Below are positions 1 to 12,580 of a DNA stretch of 64,000 bases, piece by piece. The notes below the pieces were generated by a model. The model had not been told where the DNA came from. It searched no databases and saw only the letters and a program-made list of their open reading frames with translations. How positions within the stretch are numbered: position 1 is the stretch's first letter; every line of letters starts with the position of its first letter. The stretch lies in the NCBI RefSeq assembly GCF_004010195.1, contig NC_057726.1, positions 69,240,608-69,304,607 of the forward strand, written 5' to 3'. Origin of the DNA: Chiloscyllium plagiosum. Taxonomy: Eukaryota. A program made the translations under genes and the position numbers.

Positions 1-1170
1 TCAGAATGTCCTCAGAATCTGAAACCTTTCCCCTCATATAATCCACAATAATACATGACTGGAGAGAATGTGTGAGGGGAAAGGTTTCAGATTCTGAGGA
101 CATTCTGAGCAGTTTTGAGGGAGGTTGAACCAATATAGACTGCATTGATTTACCTGGGCAGAATCAGAATTGATGACCTGAGAGGAGTATTAGTTAGTGG
201 GGTTGAGCAGCATTAAAACTAAAACGTCAGGGTCTTAGGAACTGTTCAGAGAGATATAAAAGACCAAAATAAGGGAGAAAAAAACAGACAAAATGGAAAC
301 TAAGAAAAGTGAAAACCAGAGAATTCAAGGACAAGAATCAATCAGGGCCACATTGCAAAATATTGTGAGCAGACCAAATTCTTAAAAAGTCAAACCTTAA
401 GATCTTGTGTTCTAATGCACATGGCATTCCCAATACAGTGGATTAATGAGTCATGCAAGTAGAAATTTAAAATACTTATAATATAGTTAAGATTACAGAG
501 ACTGACATTGCAGATGAGGAATAGGAATTGAATATCCAGGGTGTTAAGTTTTTAGGAAGGACAAACAGATAGCAAAACGAAGTTGGAGGCTGTGTTGGTG
601 AAACAACGCCAATAACATAACATTGAGGCGGGATGCTAGCTTACATAAAGTGGAATCTGTAGAACTTAGAAACACCAAGGGGCAGAAAATGACTTTGCAT
701 ATGTTCACAAGCCCCCAACTGATGGCATAATTCTAGGGAAGCTTTAAACAGGAAAATTAGAATCGCAAGAAATAAAAGTGCAGCTGTAATTAAGGGTGAC
801 ATGCTCTGCGAGTTGTTTGGGCAAATCAAGTCAATGACACTACCCTCAAGGCAAAATTCATGGAGTGTGCATCCGATAGTTTTCTGGGTCAATACATTGA
901 GGAATCAGTGGGAAAGCAAGCCGTCCTCAATTGGGTTATGAAAAAGGAATAGTTGATAATCTAGCTGTGCAAGATTCCTTGGGGAATAGTGGCCATAGGA
1001 TAATAGAATTCTTCATTAAGTTAGAGAGTGACATTGTTGACTCTGGGAATCAACTCCTGAGCATAAATAAAGGAAAATATGAAGCATGAGATGGCTATGA
1101 TGAATTAGGGAGTGATAGCTAATTAGGGAGTGACTGTGTAAAAACAATGATAAACCTTTAAAAAGAGGCA
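1..1170 (+). mobile_element. Old CR1 LINE fragment (ORF1 end / endonuclease region), degenerate
   Basis: Decayed CR1-like coding (aatagtggccataggataatagaattc resembles the SDHNMIEF region) with many stops; boundaries approximate. Confidence 0.6.
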
Positions 1171-1174
1171 TTGA

Positions 1175-1620
1175 GAGGTGTGTTTATCTTGGTATCTTCT
1201 AGAGAGAGATGGGGGACAGGCACTGAGCAGACTTTGAGTAGTAAACATCTTATGAAATTTTAGTATTTCTTTTTAAAGCTGGAACATTTGAAACAGCCTG
1301 AATGGGTTTGGTCAAGCTCCCACCCAAAGAATGAGGGATTTGTCGTTTTTAGTTTTTAGCAGCTGTTGTCATTCATTAATGAAGAAATGGATGCCATTTT
1401 TCACTGTTTCGATTACAGACAAAAGCCAGGGTCCTGAAAACTAAAGCCTACAAATCCCTGGTTTTGTGGGTGGGAGCTTGACCAAACACATTCAGACTGT
1501 TTCTACTGATCCAGCCCTAAAAGATAAAGACATAAGGCTTCACGGGTTGTTTATTATCTTCTCATAGACTGCAGCACCTGTCACCCAGTCTCTCTAACTC
1601 TCTCTCTCTCTGCAAGAACA
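1175..1620. repeat. Imperfect inverted pair of LTR-like repeat fragments
   Basis: gaaacagcctgaatgggtttggtcaagctcccaccca (~1290-1326) has a reverse-complement match tgggtgggagcttgaccaaacacattcagactgtttc (~1467-1503); similarity extends outward. Confidence 0.6.
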
Positions 1621-1664
1621 GAGGCCTTGTCACAGTAGTAACAGGCAACTGGCTTGTTAGAGGA

Positions 1665-1880
1665 TGGACAAAGAAATTGCTGGAAAAACTCAGCAGGTCT
1701 GGCAGCATTCGTGGAGACAAAGCAGAATTAATGTTGCGTGTCCAGTGAATGTTCTGAAGAAGGGTCAGAAGAAGGGTTATTGGATCTGAAATGTTAACCT
1801 GCATTTTCTCCACAGGTGGTTCCAGATCTGCTGACATTTTCCAGAAATTTCTGTTTTTGTTCCTGTTTTCCAGCATCTCC
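1665..1880. mobile_element. Short non-autonomous element with inverted arms and degenerate hammerhead-like core (probably PLE-derived)
   Basis: gaaattgctggaaaaactcagcaggtctgg ... ccagatctgctgacattttccagaaatttc. Related copies near 38145, 38440-38580, 45750-45950 and 49330-49440. Confidence 0.6.
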
Positions 1881-2049
1881 ATTCTTTGTTTCTTGATTAC
1901 AGAGATAGATCTGGGTAGTACTGTTGCCAGATACCAGCTGTTAAAGAACAGTAGCCAATGAATAAAATAAGTTATCAGTGTTGATCTGCCAGTGCATTGT
2001 AGCACAGGAGATATAAGGCATTCCAGATAGGAGGAGGAGAGAATTATTT

Positions 2050-5000
2050 CACGGCTGCAACTGAACTGAAGTGATATCAATGTCCTGGGCAGGAGGTTTG
2101 CTGGAGCTCTTTGGGAGGGTTTAAACTAGTTTGGTAAGGGGTTGCAAACAGTAATTATAGACCAGAGGATGAGGTAGTTGGTGAACAGGCAGGTTGAGCG
2201 TGCAGAGAGTGGGAAAGAAAGAACAGACAGTTGATAAGGCAAACTTGCAGTCAGTGTGATGGGTTGAAGTGTGTCCATTTGAACACAATAAGTGTCAGCA
2301 ATAACGGTGATGAATTTAGAGCATAGATCAGTACTTGGATCTACGATGTTGTGGCCGTTACAAATACTTGGATATCACAGGGACAAGAATGGTTGTTGGA
2401 TGTTCTGGGGATTGATGTTTCAAAAGGAATAGGGAGTGAGGTAATAAAAGGTGGGGAGTGACATTGCTCGTCAGGGATAGCATAACAGCTGCAGAAAGAG
2501 AAGTCATTGAGGGGGTTTGTCGACTGAGTCAGTATGGGTGGGGTTAGAAACAGGAAATGAGCAGTCACTTTATTGGGAGTTTTCTAGGCCCCACAAAAGC
2601 AACAGAGACACGGAGGAGCAGGTTGGGAGACAGATTTTGGAAAGGTGCAGAAGTAACAGGAGTGTTGTCATGGGTGACTTCAACTTCCGTAATATTGTTT
2701 GGAACTTCCTTAGTGCAAGTAGTTTGAATGGAGCAGACTTTGCCAGGTGTGTCCAAGAAGGATTCATGATTCAGTATTTAGAATCGGCCAACGAGAGGGA
2801 AGGCAATATTGGATTTGGGGCTTGGCAATGAACCAGGTCATGTGTTAGGTCTCTTGGTGGGAGAGCATTTCGGTGATAGTCATCACAACTCCCTGACCTA
2901 TACAATATTCATGGAGAGGGATAGGAGTAGACTGTATGTGAAAGTATTTAATTGCGGGAAATGGAATTACAATGCCATTAGTCAGGAACTGTTGAGCATA
3001 AATTGGGAGCAGATGTTCTCAGGGAAATGTACGACAGAAATGTGGAAATTGTTTAGGAAGTGCCTGCTGTGCATGCTGGATAGATTTGTCCCACTGCAGA
3101 AAGGAAGGGATGGTAGGTGAATGAACCGTGGATGAAAAAATGTTGTGGAACAAGCGGAAGAAGCAAGCTTACTTAAGGTTGAGGAAGAAATTATCAGACA
3201 GGGCTCTAGTGGGTTACATGGTAGCCAAGAAGGAACTGCAGAATGGACTTAGAAGAGCGAAAAGGGGACATGAGAAAACGTTGGTGGGTAGGACTAAGGA
3301 AAATCCCAAGGCATTTTATATTGATGTGAGGAATGAGAGGATGGCCAGAGTGTGGGTAGGGCCAATTGGGGATTTTGCGCCTGGAGTCGAAGGAGATAGC
3401 AGAGGTCCTTAAAGAGTACTTTTCTTGTGTATTCAATGGTGAGAGGGAACTTGTTGTTTGAGAGGACGTGTGAAACTGGCTGATATGTTCAAATAGGTTG
3501 ATGTTAAGAAGGAGGATGTGCTGGAAATTTTGAAAAACATGAGGATAGACAAGTCCCTTGGGCCAGATGGGATATGTCCAAGAGTTATGCGGGAAGCAAA
3601 TGATGACATTGCTGCACCTTTGGCAATGCTGTTTGTGTACTCACTATCCACTACAGTAGTACTAGATGATTGGAAGGTGACAAATGTTATTCTCTTGTTC
3701 TGGAAAGACAATAGGGCATTACAGAACAGTCAGTCTTACACTGGTGATGGGCAAATTATTGGAAAGGATTCTGAGAGACAAGATTCTTTCAAAAAGCTTG
3801 CTTTGTTGGAGATCATCAGTGTGGCTTTGTGAGTGGCAGTTTATGCCTCACAAGCCTTATTGAATTCATTGAGGGGTGTGAAAAAACACATGAATTAAGA
3901 TGGAGCATGGTGCATGTGGATGCTAGCAAGGTGTTTGATAAGTTTCCTTTGGTAGACTCATTAAGAAATTAATGAGACATGGGATACATGGAATTTGGCT
4001 GTCTGGACACAGAATTGGCTAGCCCATAGAAGATAGAAAGTGGTAGTAAATGTAAAATATTCAGCCTGGAGCTTGGTGATCAGTGGTGTTCTGCAGAAAT
4101 TTGAATTTTTTTTATTTAGAAAGGAAAAAAAATGACTGTGGAGTTTGCATGTTCTCCCCGTGTCTGCGTGGGTTTCCTCCGGGTGCCCCGGTTTCCTCCC
4201 ACAGTCCAAAGATGTGCAGGTCAGGTGAATTGGCCATGCTAAATTGCCCGTAGTGTGAGGTAAGGGGTAAATGTAAGGGTATGGGTGGGTTGCGCTTCGG
4301 CGGGTCGGTGTGGACTTGTTGGGCCGAAGGGCCTATTTCCACACTGTAATGCAATCTAATCTAAAAAGATTTGGTCTGGGACTTCTGCTATTTGTGATTT
4401 TTAGAAATAACTCTGATTCAAGTTAGTACGTTTGCTGATGTGGGAAGGTTGGTGGAGTTGTGGATAGTGTGGAGTGCTGTTCTAGGTCGTAACAGAACAT
4501 TGACAGGATGCAGAGCTGAGCTGATAAGTAAAAGATGGAGTGCAACCTGGAAAAGTGTGAACTGATTCATTTTTGAAGGTCGACTTTGAATGCACAATCC
4601 AGGGTTAAAGGCAGGATTCTTGGCAGTGTAGAGGAAAAGAGAGATCTTGGGGTCCACGTCCATAGATCTCTCAAAGTTGTCATGCAAGTTGACAGGGTTG
4701 TTAAGAAGGCGTATGGTGTATTGGATTTCATTAACAAGGAGATTGAGTTTAAGAGCGGCAAAGTTATGTGCAGCTCTATATAGCTCTGGTTAGGACAGAC
4801 TTAGAATAGTGTGTTCAGTTCTGGTCACCTCATTATAGGAAGGATGTGGAAGTTTTAGAGAGGGTGCAAAGGAGATTTACCAGGATACTGCCTCTTATAA
4901 TAAAACATTGAGAGAGCTAGGGTTTTTCTTATTGGAGCGAATAAGGATGGTGTGGGGGGGGTGACCTGATTGAGGTGTACAAGATTATTGGAGGCATAGA

Positions 5001-5320
5001 TGGATAGTCAGACCTTTGTTTCCCCAGGGCAGAAATGGCTATCATGAGGTGGCATAATTTTAAGGCAATTGCAGCAATGTTTGCGGGAGATGTCAGAGGT
5101 CGATTCTTTACACAGAGAGTGGTGGGTACATGGAATGCACTGCCAGCGGTTGTAGTAGAATCAGATACATTAGGGGCATTTTAGCGACTCTTGGATAGGC
5201 ACATGGATGATAGTAAAATGTAAGGTCTGTAGGTTAGTTTGGTGTTAGAGTAGGATAAAAGGTCGGCACAACATCGAGGGTCGAAGGGACTGTACTGTGC
5301 TGTACGATTCTCTGTTCGAT
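2050..5320 (+). mobile_element. CR1 LINE, long ORF2 remnant (APE endonuclease + RT) with 3' tail, frameshifted
   Basis: ORF fragments VVMGDFNF, HFGDSHHNSL, IDKSLGPDGICPRV, RDLGVHVHRSLK; CR1-type 3' end near 5300. Confidence 0.9.
4133..4364 (+). mobile_element. HE1-like SINE (5'-truncated) nested in CR1
   Basis: ggagtttgcatgttctccccgtgtctgcgtgggtttcctccggg ... aatctaatcta tail. Confidence 0.85.
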
Positions 5321-7001
5321 GGTCTTTTTAGGTTAGGGCTGTGAAGACAAACTTGTACTATTGATTTGTTTGATGCATTCTGCAGACAACTATCTAGAAG
5401 GAACAAAATCAGTACAAATTTAAAGCATACGTTTTAACAAACTGTAAGAATTATGTGTTAGTTGTTTTGAAGCACTTCAATATCTGAGCATGGACTCGTA
5501 TATCAACAAAGCTAACTGCAAGAGTTCATAGACGGTTTCAATATCAGCGTACATTCAATCTAATAAGGAAAGAATCACTGCTGGATGTAGTGCTGAGAAA
5601 TAATTTGGTTCAGAGGGAAAAAAGGTCCATAGGGAGATAATTAGGACAAATATCTGCAGTATTTTCAGGTTCACACTGGCTTTGGGAGCATAGAAAATAA
5701 ATAAAGTAAACCGATTCTTTAAAATTCATTTGCGGGATTTGGGTGTCGCTGGCTGGCCAGCATTTATCTGTCACAATTCTAAGAATTTAATTTTAACGAT
5801 AACCTGTATCATTAGAAAACAAGCATAAAAATATTCATGAGTATGTTTCCTGGTTGTGGACATTCTGCTGGTTGTTTGATTGGCAATGCTCTGCATTTAT
5901 CCATGATGAGGACAATAGTTAGACATGAGTTAAAAGGAATATCCAACAACATCAGTAGTCTCCACAATTTCATTAGAAAGAAAAGAAGATGGTTGATGGA
6001 GCTAACAAATCAGAGGAACATGATGATAAAGATCTGGCAAAGAAGCAACGGTGAGAAAGAACTTTATAATTAGCGACTGTAAGAATATGGAAGTTACAAA
6101 CAGATTCAATTTAGTTTTACGTGGTACGATTGGACCTTTTCTGCAGTTAGCAACTTCCACAAACTGTGAGGTAAAAGGAAGGAAATTAATTTGTAGAATT
6201 GAAGTCGCATTAAGTCACGCTGAAACTACAAACCATGTGTTTTTCTTTGGTTTTGTAACTATTCTATGAGTCAAGGTTAGACAAGAACTTCTGTAACAGT
6301 GCAATTCATTTTATGTTTTGTTTACCTGTGTAATTTTATTTTATTCAAGATATCTGAACTGAGAAAAATATGGGAACTTAATTCTATAGAACATGAAAAT
6401 GCTTCAAACGATGTACATTATTTCAGAAGTAAACCCTTCAGTTGCGTATTCCCTTCCTGAGTTATCTTTCAACAACAGGCTGGAATCAGGAAAATTCATT
6501 TTACATTTTTGTGCAGCTACAATTCACTCTGTGAAACCATTTTTCAGAGTGCAATGCCTCCTTATTGCATTATTGAAATGGGTAATGTGTATTAAGCAGG
6601 TTTGACTGATCCTTCATAATTGCTGTAGTAGAATGCTGGTAATCCTATGGCAGCATGTTCACCTCAGAGACTACAGTGATTTCTGGAATGCAGTGTAACC
6701 ATAATTGCTCAAGAGAAACTAGGAATGGAGTATAAATGTTCCCCTTGCCAGTGATACGAACATCCGATCAAGGGAGAAAAGCAACCAAAGGTTTTAATAA
6801 TGATAAGATGTCTGAAGTGTATTAAAAGCATTTGCATTGCTGGATTTCAATTGAATGGGTCATAAATTAGTCTGAGTGCTAACATTAGGATCCATCCTCA
6901 GTCTGTATTGAGGGAAAGCATGTGTGTTATGAATTGTTAAATGAAACCTGACATAACAATAAATAACCACTATACCCCAGATATTACAATGTAAACCTTG
7001 G

Positions 7002-7066
7002 CTGAAAATGTGTTGCTGGAAAAGCGCAGCAGGTCAGGCAGCATCCAGGAACAGGAGAATCGACGT
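7002..7066 (-). mobile_element. 65-bp PLE terminal fragment with 12-bp TSD
   Basis: TGTAAACCTTGG at 6990-7001 and 7067-7078; insert matches the PLE terminus seen at 17150-17215 and 42780-42840. Confidence 0.8.
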
Positions 7067-7282
7067 TGTAAACCTTGGTTTGTTTTACTCAACTTGTTAC
7101 AATACACTCAGTGGACATCTAACCTTAGGTCAGATTTGAACCCAGACATTTCTTCCAAAAGTAGGAATGTTCGGTCTGTGTCTTAAGCACTAATTGTGAA
7201 ACTTTAAAATTGACATTCTTTGCGTTTTTAAATATGACTTATAAGAAACAATTTTAACAAGTTTCCTTTAATTAAATCCCAG

Positions 7283-7558
7283 TGCCGCCAGCTCCTGTGA
7301 AGATTACTCAGCAGTCCCATTTCACACTACTCTGTACAACAGTTGGATTCTTTCCGAAAGAGTTTAACATCACGTGGTATGAAAATAAAATGGAAATTAT
7401 GTTTGGGATTAACACAACTATACAACAGAACAAGGAAGGATTATATCAAGTTTCCAGTTATCTCAGCCCTGTGCAGAATGCATTGATGTATACCTGTGAG
7501 GTTTCTCATGTTTCTCTCAAAGTCCCAGCCATTGACAGCTATACAGTTCTTGATCAGG
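7283..7558 (+). CDS. Gene A exon: Ig C1-set domain of a VJ-C1 IgSF receptor
   Basis: Acceptor aaatcccag|, donor CAGG|gtaag, 276 nt, phase 1-1. Translation (V)PPAPVKITQQSHFTLLCTTVGFFPKEFNITWYEN...LYQVSSYL...YTCEVSH has C1-set hallmarks (LxC..FxP..I.W; YxCxVxH). Confidence 0.9.
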
Positions 7559-10131
7559 GTAAGATTCTTAGGTTGACAATAAGCATTTGAACGGTACATT
7601 TGTTAAACATAGAGGACTGTCCTGTTTTACAAGCCTGTCATACATCAATCTGAATGAACTGAGTTTGACAGATGTCATTCTGTTCATTGCAATACCAAAA
7701 ACACTTCAGGAGATGTGGGACATTGTGGTATTTTTGAGAATCATATGAATGTTGTTATTGGACATATAATCTACTGTGAATGGAGAATATTTCATTCTGG
7801 TATGAACAGGGTTGTTCCTGAGTCCCATGATGATTTTAGAGTTTTGATAGAAATTTTAATGATTAGAAATTCAGCACAGATCTTGGGGTTACAAAATGTA
7901 AGTGAAGGGCTAATACATGTGCATACACTTTGCACCCAGAAAACTGTGAGTGCTATTTTGCTGGAAATTCTAAACTGTCATACATACTCTGGTGATGTTG
8001 TAGGCAAAGGTAGAGCTTTAATAAGTAACATAGAGATAAATTAATCAAGAAGTGCTCGACTTCTCTAAACCTTATTCTTCCATCTTGTGAAACTTTAAAA
8101 TTGCTATAAGGGGAGAAGAAGCACTTGTGAAATAATTTTCAGAAGAGAGGCAATATCTCAAAACCTCATATAAAAAAGCAAAATTGTTGTAATGATGTGT
8201 TCCATGCCAAAGCAGAGGCATTGGGAGGTGATGTTAAATATTGAATGAGCTAGACCGTGTACATCTGGAGAGGCTGTTTGAATTGCATATATTTTGGAGG
8301 AGTAGGGCGCTTGAATACATTTCAGGAAACCACAGGCCCACTTCGACTGTTAGACTATTTGTTTTCTGCCATAATTTAATGTGGTCGGGAGTAACCTGAA
8401 GTCATCTTTGCTCAGTCCACATTTGCAGCAAGAGTTTAATGGAAAGTTGAAAACTTCCTGAAATCGATAAGATCATATGGCACAGAACACAGTTTAATGT
8501 CTTTGTGCCAAATTTGACAGAGCTGTCCAACTATAACAACTAACCCACTTTGCTTCCTTTCCTATGCAAATGTTATACTTCAATTTTATTTTTAAAATCT
8601 CATTCAATGTTATAATTTTAATGCTATCTGGTTCACTCATGCTCATTAGCAATGCATCTAGGTCACATGAGACTCACCTACAGCTTTTGTACTTACCACA
8701 TCAAAACCATCGAGACATAAAAACTTCTGTTACGTTCTATTCGTAGCTTTGCATACATTGAGAAGAACACTGGTAGATGCCCCATCTAGCTTAAACCCCC
8801 CTGTGCAGAATGCATTGATGTATACCTGTGAGGTTTCTCATGTTTCTCTCAAAGTCCCAGCCATTGACAGCTATACAGTTCTTGATCAGGGTAAGATTCT
8901 TAGGTTGACAATAAGCATTTGAACGGTACATTTGTTAAACATAGAGGACTGTCCTGTTTTACAAGCCTGTCATACATCAATCTGAATGAACTGAGTTTGA
9001 CAGATGTCATTCTGTTCATTGCAATACCAAAAACACTTCAGGAGATGTGGGACATTGTGGTATTTTTGAGAATCATATGAATGTTGTTATTGGACATATA
9101 ATCTACTGTGAATGGAGAATATTTCATTCTGGTATGAACAGGGTTGTTCCTGAGTCCCATGATGATTTTAGAGTTTTGATAGAAATTTTAATGATTAGAA
9201 ATTCAGCACAGATCTTGGGGTTACAAAATGTAAGTGAAGGGCTAATACATGTGCATACACTTTGCACCCAGAAAACTGTGAGTGCTATTTTGCTGGAAAT
9301 TCTAAACTGTCATACATACTCTGGTGATGTTGTAGGCAAAGGTAGAGCTTTAATAAGTAACATAGAGATAAATTAATCAAGAAGTGCTCGACTTCTCTAA
9401 ACCTTATTCTTCCATCTTGTGAAACTTTAAAATTGCTATAAGGGGAGAAGAAGCACTTGTGAAATAATTTTCAGAAGAGAGGCAATATCTCAAAACCTCA
9501 TATAAAAAAGCAAAATTGTTGTAATGATGTGTTCCATGCCAAAGCAGAGGCATTGGGAGGTGATGTTAAATATTGAATGAGCTAGACCGTGTACATCTGG
9601 AGAGGCTGTTTGAATTGCATATATTTTGGAGGAGTAGGGCGCTTGAATACATTTCAGGAAACCACAGGCCCACTTCGACTGTTAGACTATTTGTTTTCTG
9701 CCATAATTTAATGTGGTCGGGAGTAACCTGAAGTCATCTTTGCTCAGTCCACATTTGCAGCAAGAGTTTAATGGAAAGTTGAAAACTTCCTGAAATCGAT
9801 AAGATCATATGGCACAGAACACAGTTTAATGTCTTTGTGCCAAATTTGACAGAGCTGTCCAACTATAACAACTAACCCACTTTGCTTCCTTTCCTATGCA
9901 AATGTTATACTTCAATTTTATTTTTAAAATCTCATTCAATGTTATAATTTTAATGCTATCTGGTTCACTCATGCTCATTAGCAATGCATCTAGGTCACAT
10001 GAGACTCACCTACAGCTTTTGTACTTACCACATCAAAACCTTCCGAGACATAAAAACTTCTGTTACGTTCTATTCGTAGCTTTGCATACATTGAGAAGAA
10101 CACTGGTAGATGCCCCATCTAGCTTAAACCC
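7467..10131. repeat. Direct tandem duplication, 2 x ~1332 bp, including the 3' 92 nt and donor of the gene A C1 exon
   Basis: 7467-8798 matches 8799-10131. Identical ORFs at 7715 and 9047; the only difference seen is near the end (accatcgag vs accttccgag); CCC microhomology at the junction. Confidence 0.95.
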
Positions 10132-11818
10132 CACCACTCTGGCACACTTCTATAAATCACTTTTCCATACCCTTAATGCCTTAACATTCAACATCCTATG
10201 GAATGATTAAGTATACATTAATCTCACAGCTGCGATAGGGTTAGCTTCTAGCACCCAGTTAAGAATCTACAAATTCCTTCATTCTACCTCTTCACAAACC
10301 TTCTGGCAAGGGGCACAACTTTATATTATTCCACATCTGATCCCATTCAACATGATTCTAGCCTAACTAAAAATTTCTTTGAAATCTGTTCCTTGTATAT
10401 AGGATTGTTACAAGCATTGTATTTTCTAGCTGCAAGTGGGGGATGGTTAACTTCACTTTTGGAAGTTACGACCTCTATAACTAGGTTACCAAACTCATCA
10501 AAGTGTATTATATGCTTTTAACATCCACTGCTGGTTAATACCACTATGTACATTGTCACAGAATTAAAATTGAAATCACCAAACATGATGCTGATTCTGA
10601 AATCATTTTGGGAGTTGTTGATCCATTTTACCACTCTCCTTTTAATCACAGGGGCTTATGTTCATGATATTTCTGAACAAGTGATATCACGTCAAAGACT
10701 TTTTGAATCTGCATATTTAGATAAATAAGTACCTTCATCAAGCCCCTCACATAAGTTATTAAAGAGTTCAATTAAATTAATAAAATCTGAGCTGCTGTTA
10801 ATAAACAGTGCTTAGTTTCATTCATCAGCATTTTTTCCTACCTTCTGAAGTACCCCATGTGTTAACTTGTTTAACGATTTTTGTTCTGAAATAGACTGAC
10901 TGGCCTGTAGTCACTGGACTGAAACCTATCATCTGGCATATTATTTGGCTGTGATCCAAAAAAATAATGCTGTGATGAGGAACAGAATTGAAATTCAGGT
11001 CATCCACACAGTGGTATCAGGTCCTGTGAGATATATTTGATGCCACTCACTGGAATGCTTTTCTCACAGCCTGCGATTAAACGCTATGCAATTTAATTTC
11101 CACAGTGAGCAAACATTCTTTCCAATCAGTTTACTTTTCTGCACAGATGTACAAGTGATGGGGAACAAATAGAGTAAGCTGACAATGATACATGTCTTGA
11201 ACAAAAAGAAAAAGACAGGGGAGTTAATGCCTTTGTCGCTATCTGAAAGGATTCCGGTCTCACCATGATAGTTTTCAGAATTTAATTTTCAGAATTTCTG
11301 AATCCTCTTCAGAATTTAATGACCATGTACTTAAGACATATAAAATTGAATGTCTGTATTCATTAATGGTCACCATGAAACTACTACTGATTGTCATAAG
11401 ATGAATATGCTTCTCTGGTCTGGCTTACATGCACTCAAGGCCAACAGCGTGCAGTTGACTCCTATCTGCTTCCAAGAGATACTAAGAATATGCAGCAAAT
11501 GCTGTGTCTCAATTGACAGCATCAACACATGAGCAACTGAAATAAGAATAAACCGCATGTTTAAAATATGGCAAGTAATAGGATTAAAGATTTACTAACA
11601 CAAATAGATCATATGAGTTTTCCTAATTCCTTATTGAACTTGAAATTTTTAAAGCCATCACAATAATGTTACAAATTGGGAGGAAAGATGGAATTTCCTG
11701 AGTAAGTCACTGAGAGATGGTTACTTTAGTATGTGTGCTACGTCTTAACTGAAATTAATTAATCACTGCAATTTCTGCTCTGTAAGATGCTAACATTTGA
11801 CTTGTTCTCCCATTTTAG

Positions 11819-11929
11819 CTGACACTGGTACATTTCCAAAAGAATTGGTGGCTGGATGTGCTGTTGCAGGATTATTACTTTTAATGCTAGTAACTGTTGT
11901 GATACCTTGCAAATTAGATACAATTAAAG
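11819..11929 (+). CDS. Gene A exon: connecting peptide and transmembrane segment (uncharged core)
   Basis: Acceptor ttctcccattttag|, donor AAAG|gtaaga, 111 nt, phase 1-1. (A)DTGTFPKELVAGCAVAGLLLLMLVTVVIPCKLDTIK aligns with the TM exons of genes B and C. Confidence 0.88.
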
Positions 11930-12389
11930 GTAAGACTTGACACAATGTATCTTCAGAATTGCATTTCGATATTCAGTCACAGCTCAATGCTGCGGTGTCA
12001 GGAAGATTAACCAGTCGCGTCTGCGGTGTAGGTTTTCATTCGCTACTGTGTTGGGAGCGTCGTCCCTCTGAAACCCAGTAATCTAATGATAGAAGGAGCT
12101 GAAACCTGATCTATTCCTCAGGCTAATTTCTCTGAACCTGAAAATAAAGATGAACCCAATTTCATTCTTATGATAATGCAAGGCAGTGATCTGAACCCAG
12201 TAAATTACAATCAGATAATTCTGACATAGAACATAAACTTATTCTCATTCAACAATAGAAGTGAATGCAACTTTGCACTTATGATGAGAATGATCATGTT
12301 GCTTGATTAGAGCATAACTTTTGACTGACATGAAGCCAAATTATGTTTGTGATGAAATTGATCATGATGAAAATGATGTTTTCTAACAG

Positions 12390-12442
12390 GCACCGGGATA
12401 ACTCCAGTTAACTCCAGAGATAACAGCCAGTTTGAAGAACAG
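12390..12442 (+). CDS. Gene A cytoplasmic micro-exon, copy 1 (53 nt, phase 1->0)
   Basis: gttttctaacag|GC...GAACAG|gtttgt. (G)TGITPVNSRDNSQFEEQ ends like the gene B micro-exon (DQLEGQ|gtttga) and supplies the phase change needed for the next exon. Confidence 0.75.
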
Positions 12443-12527
12443 GTTTGTTTCATGATCACTTTTGTTTTTGCCAAGTAGAAAGTTTTTACAGTATACTGAT
12501 CATGATGAAAATGATGTTTTCTAACAG

Positions 12528-12580
12528 GCACCGGGATAACTCCAGTTAACTCCAGAGATAACAGCCAGTTTGAAGAACAG
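12528..12580 (+). CDS. Gene A cytoplasmic micro-exon, copy 2 (identical tandem duplicate)
   Basis: Identical exon and splice sites 138 nt downstream of copy 1. Confidence 0.65.

Noticed and set aside
7715-9376. Two identical 109-aa ORFs as duplicated genes
   Set aside because: Intronic chance ORFs copied by the 1332-bp duplication, with no recognisable domain.
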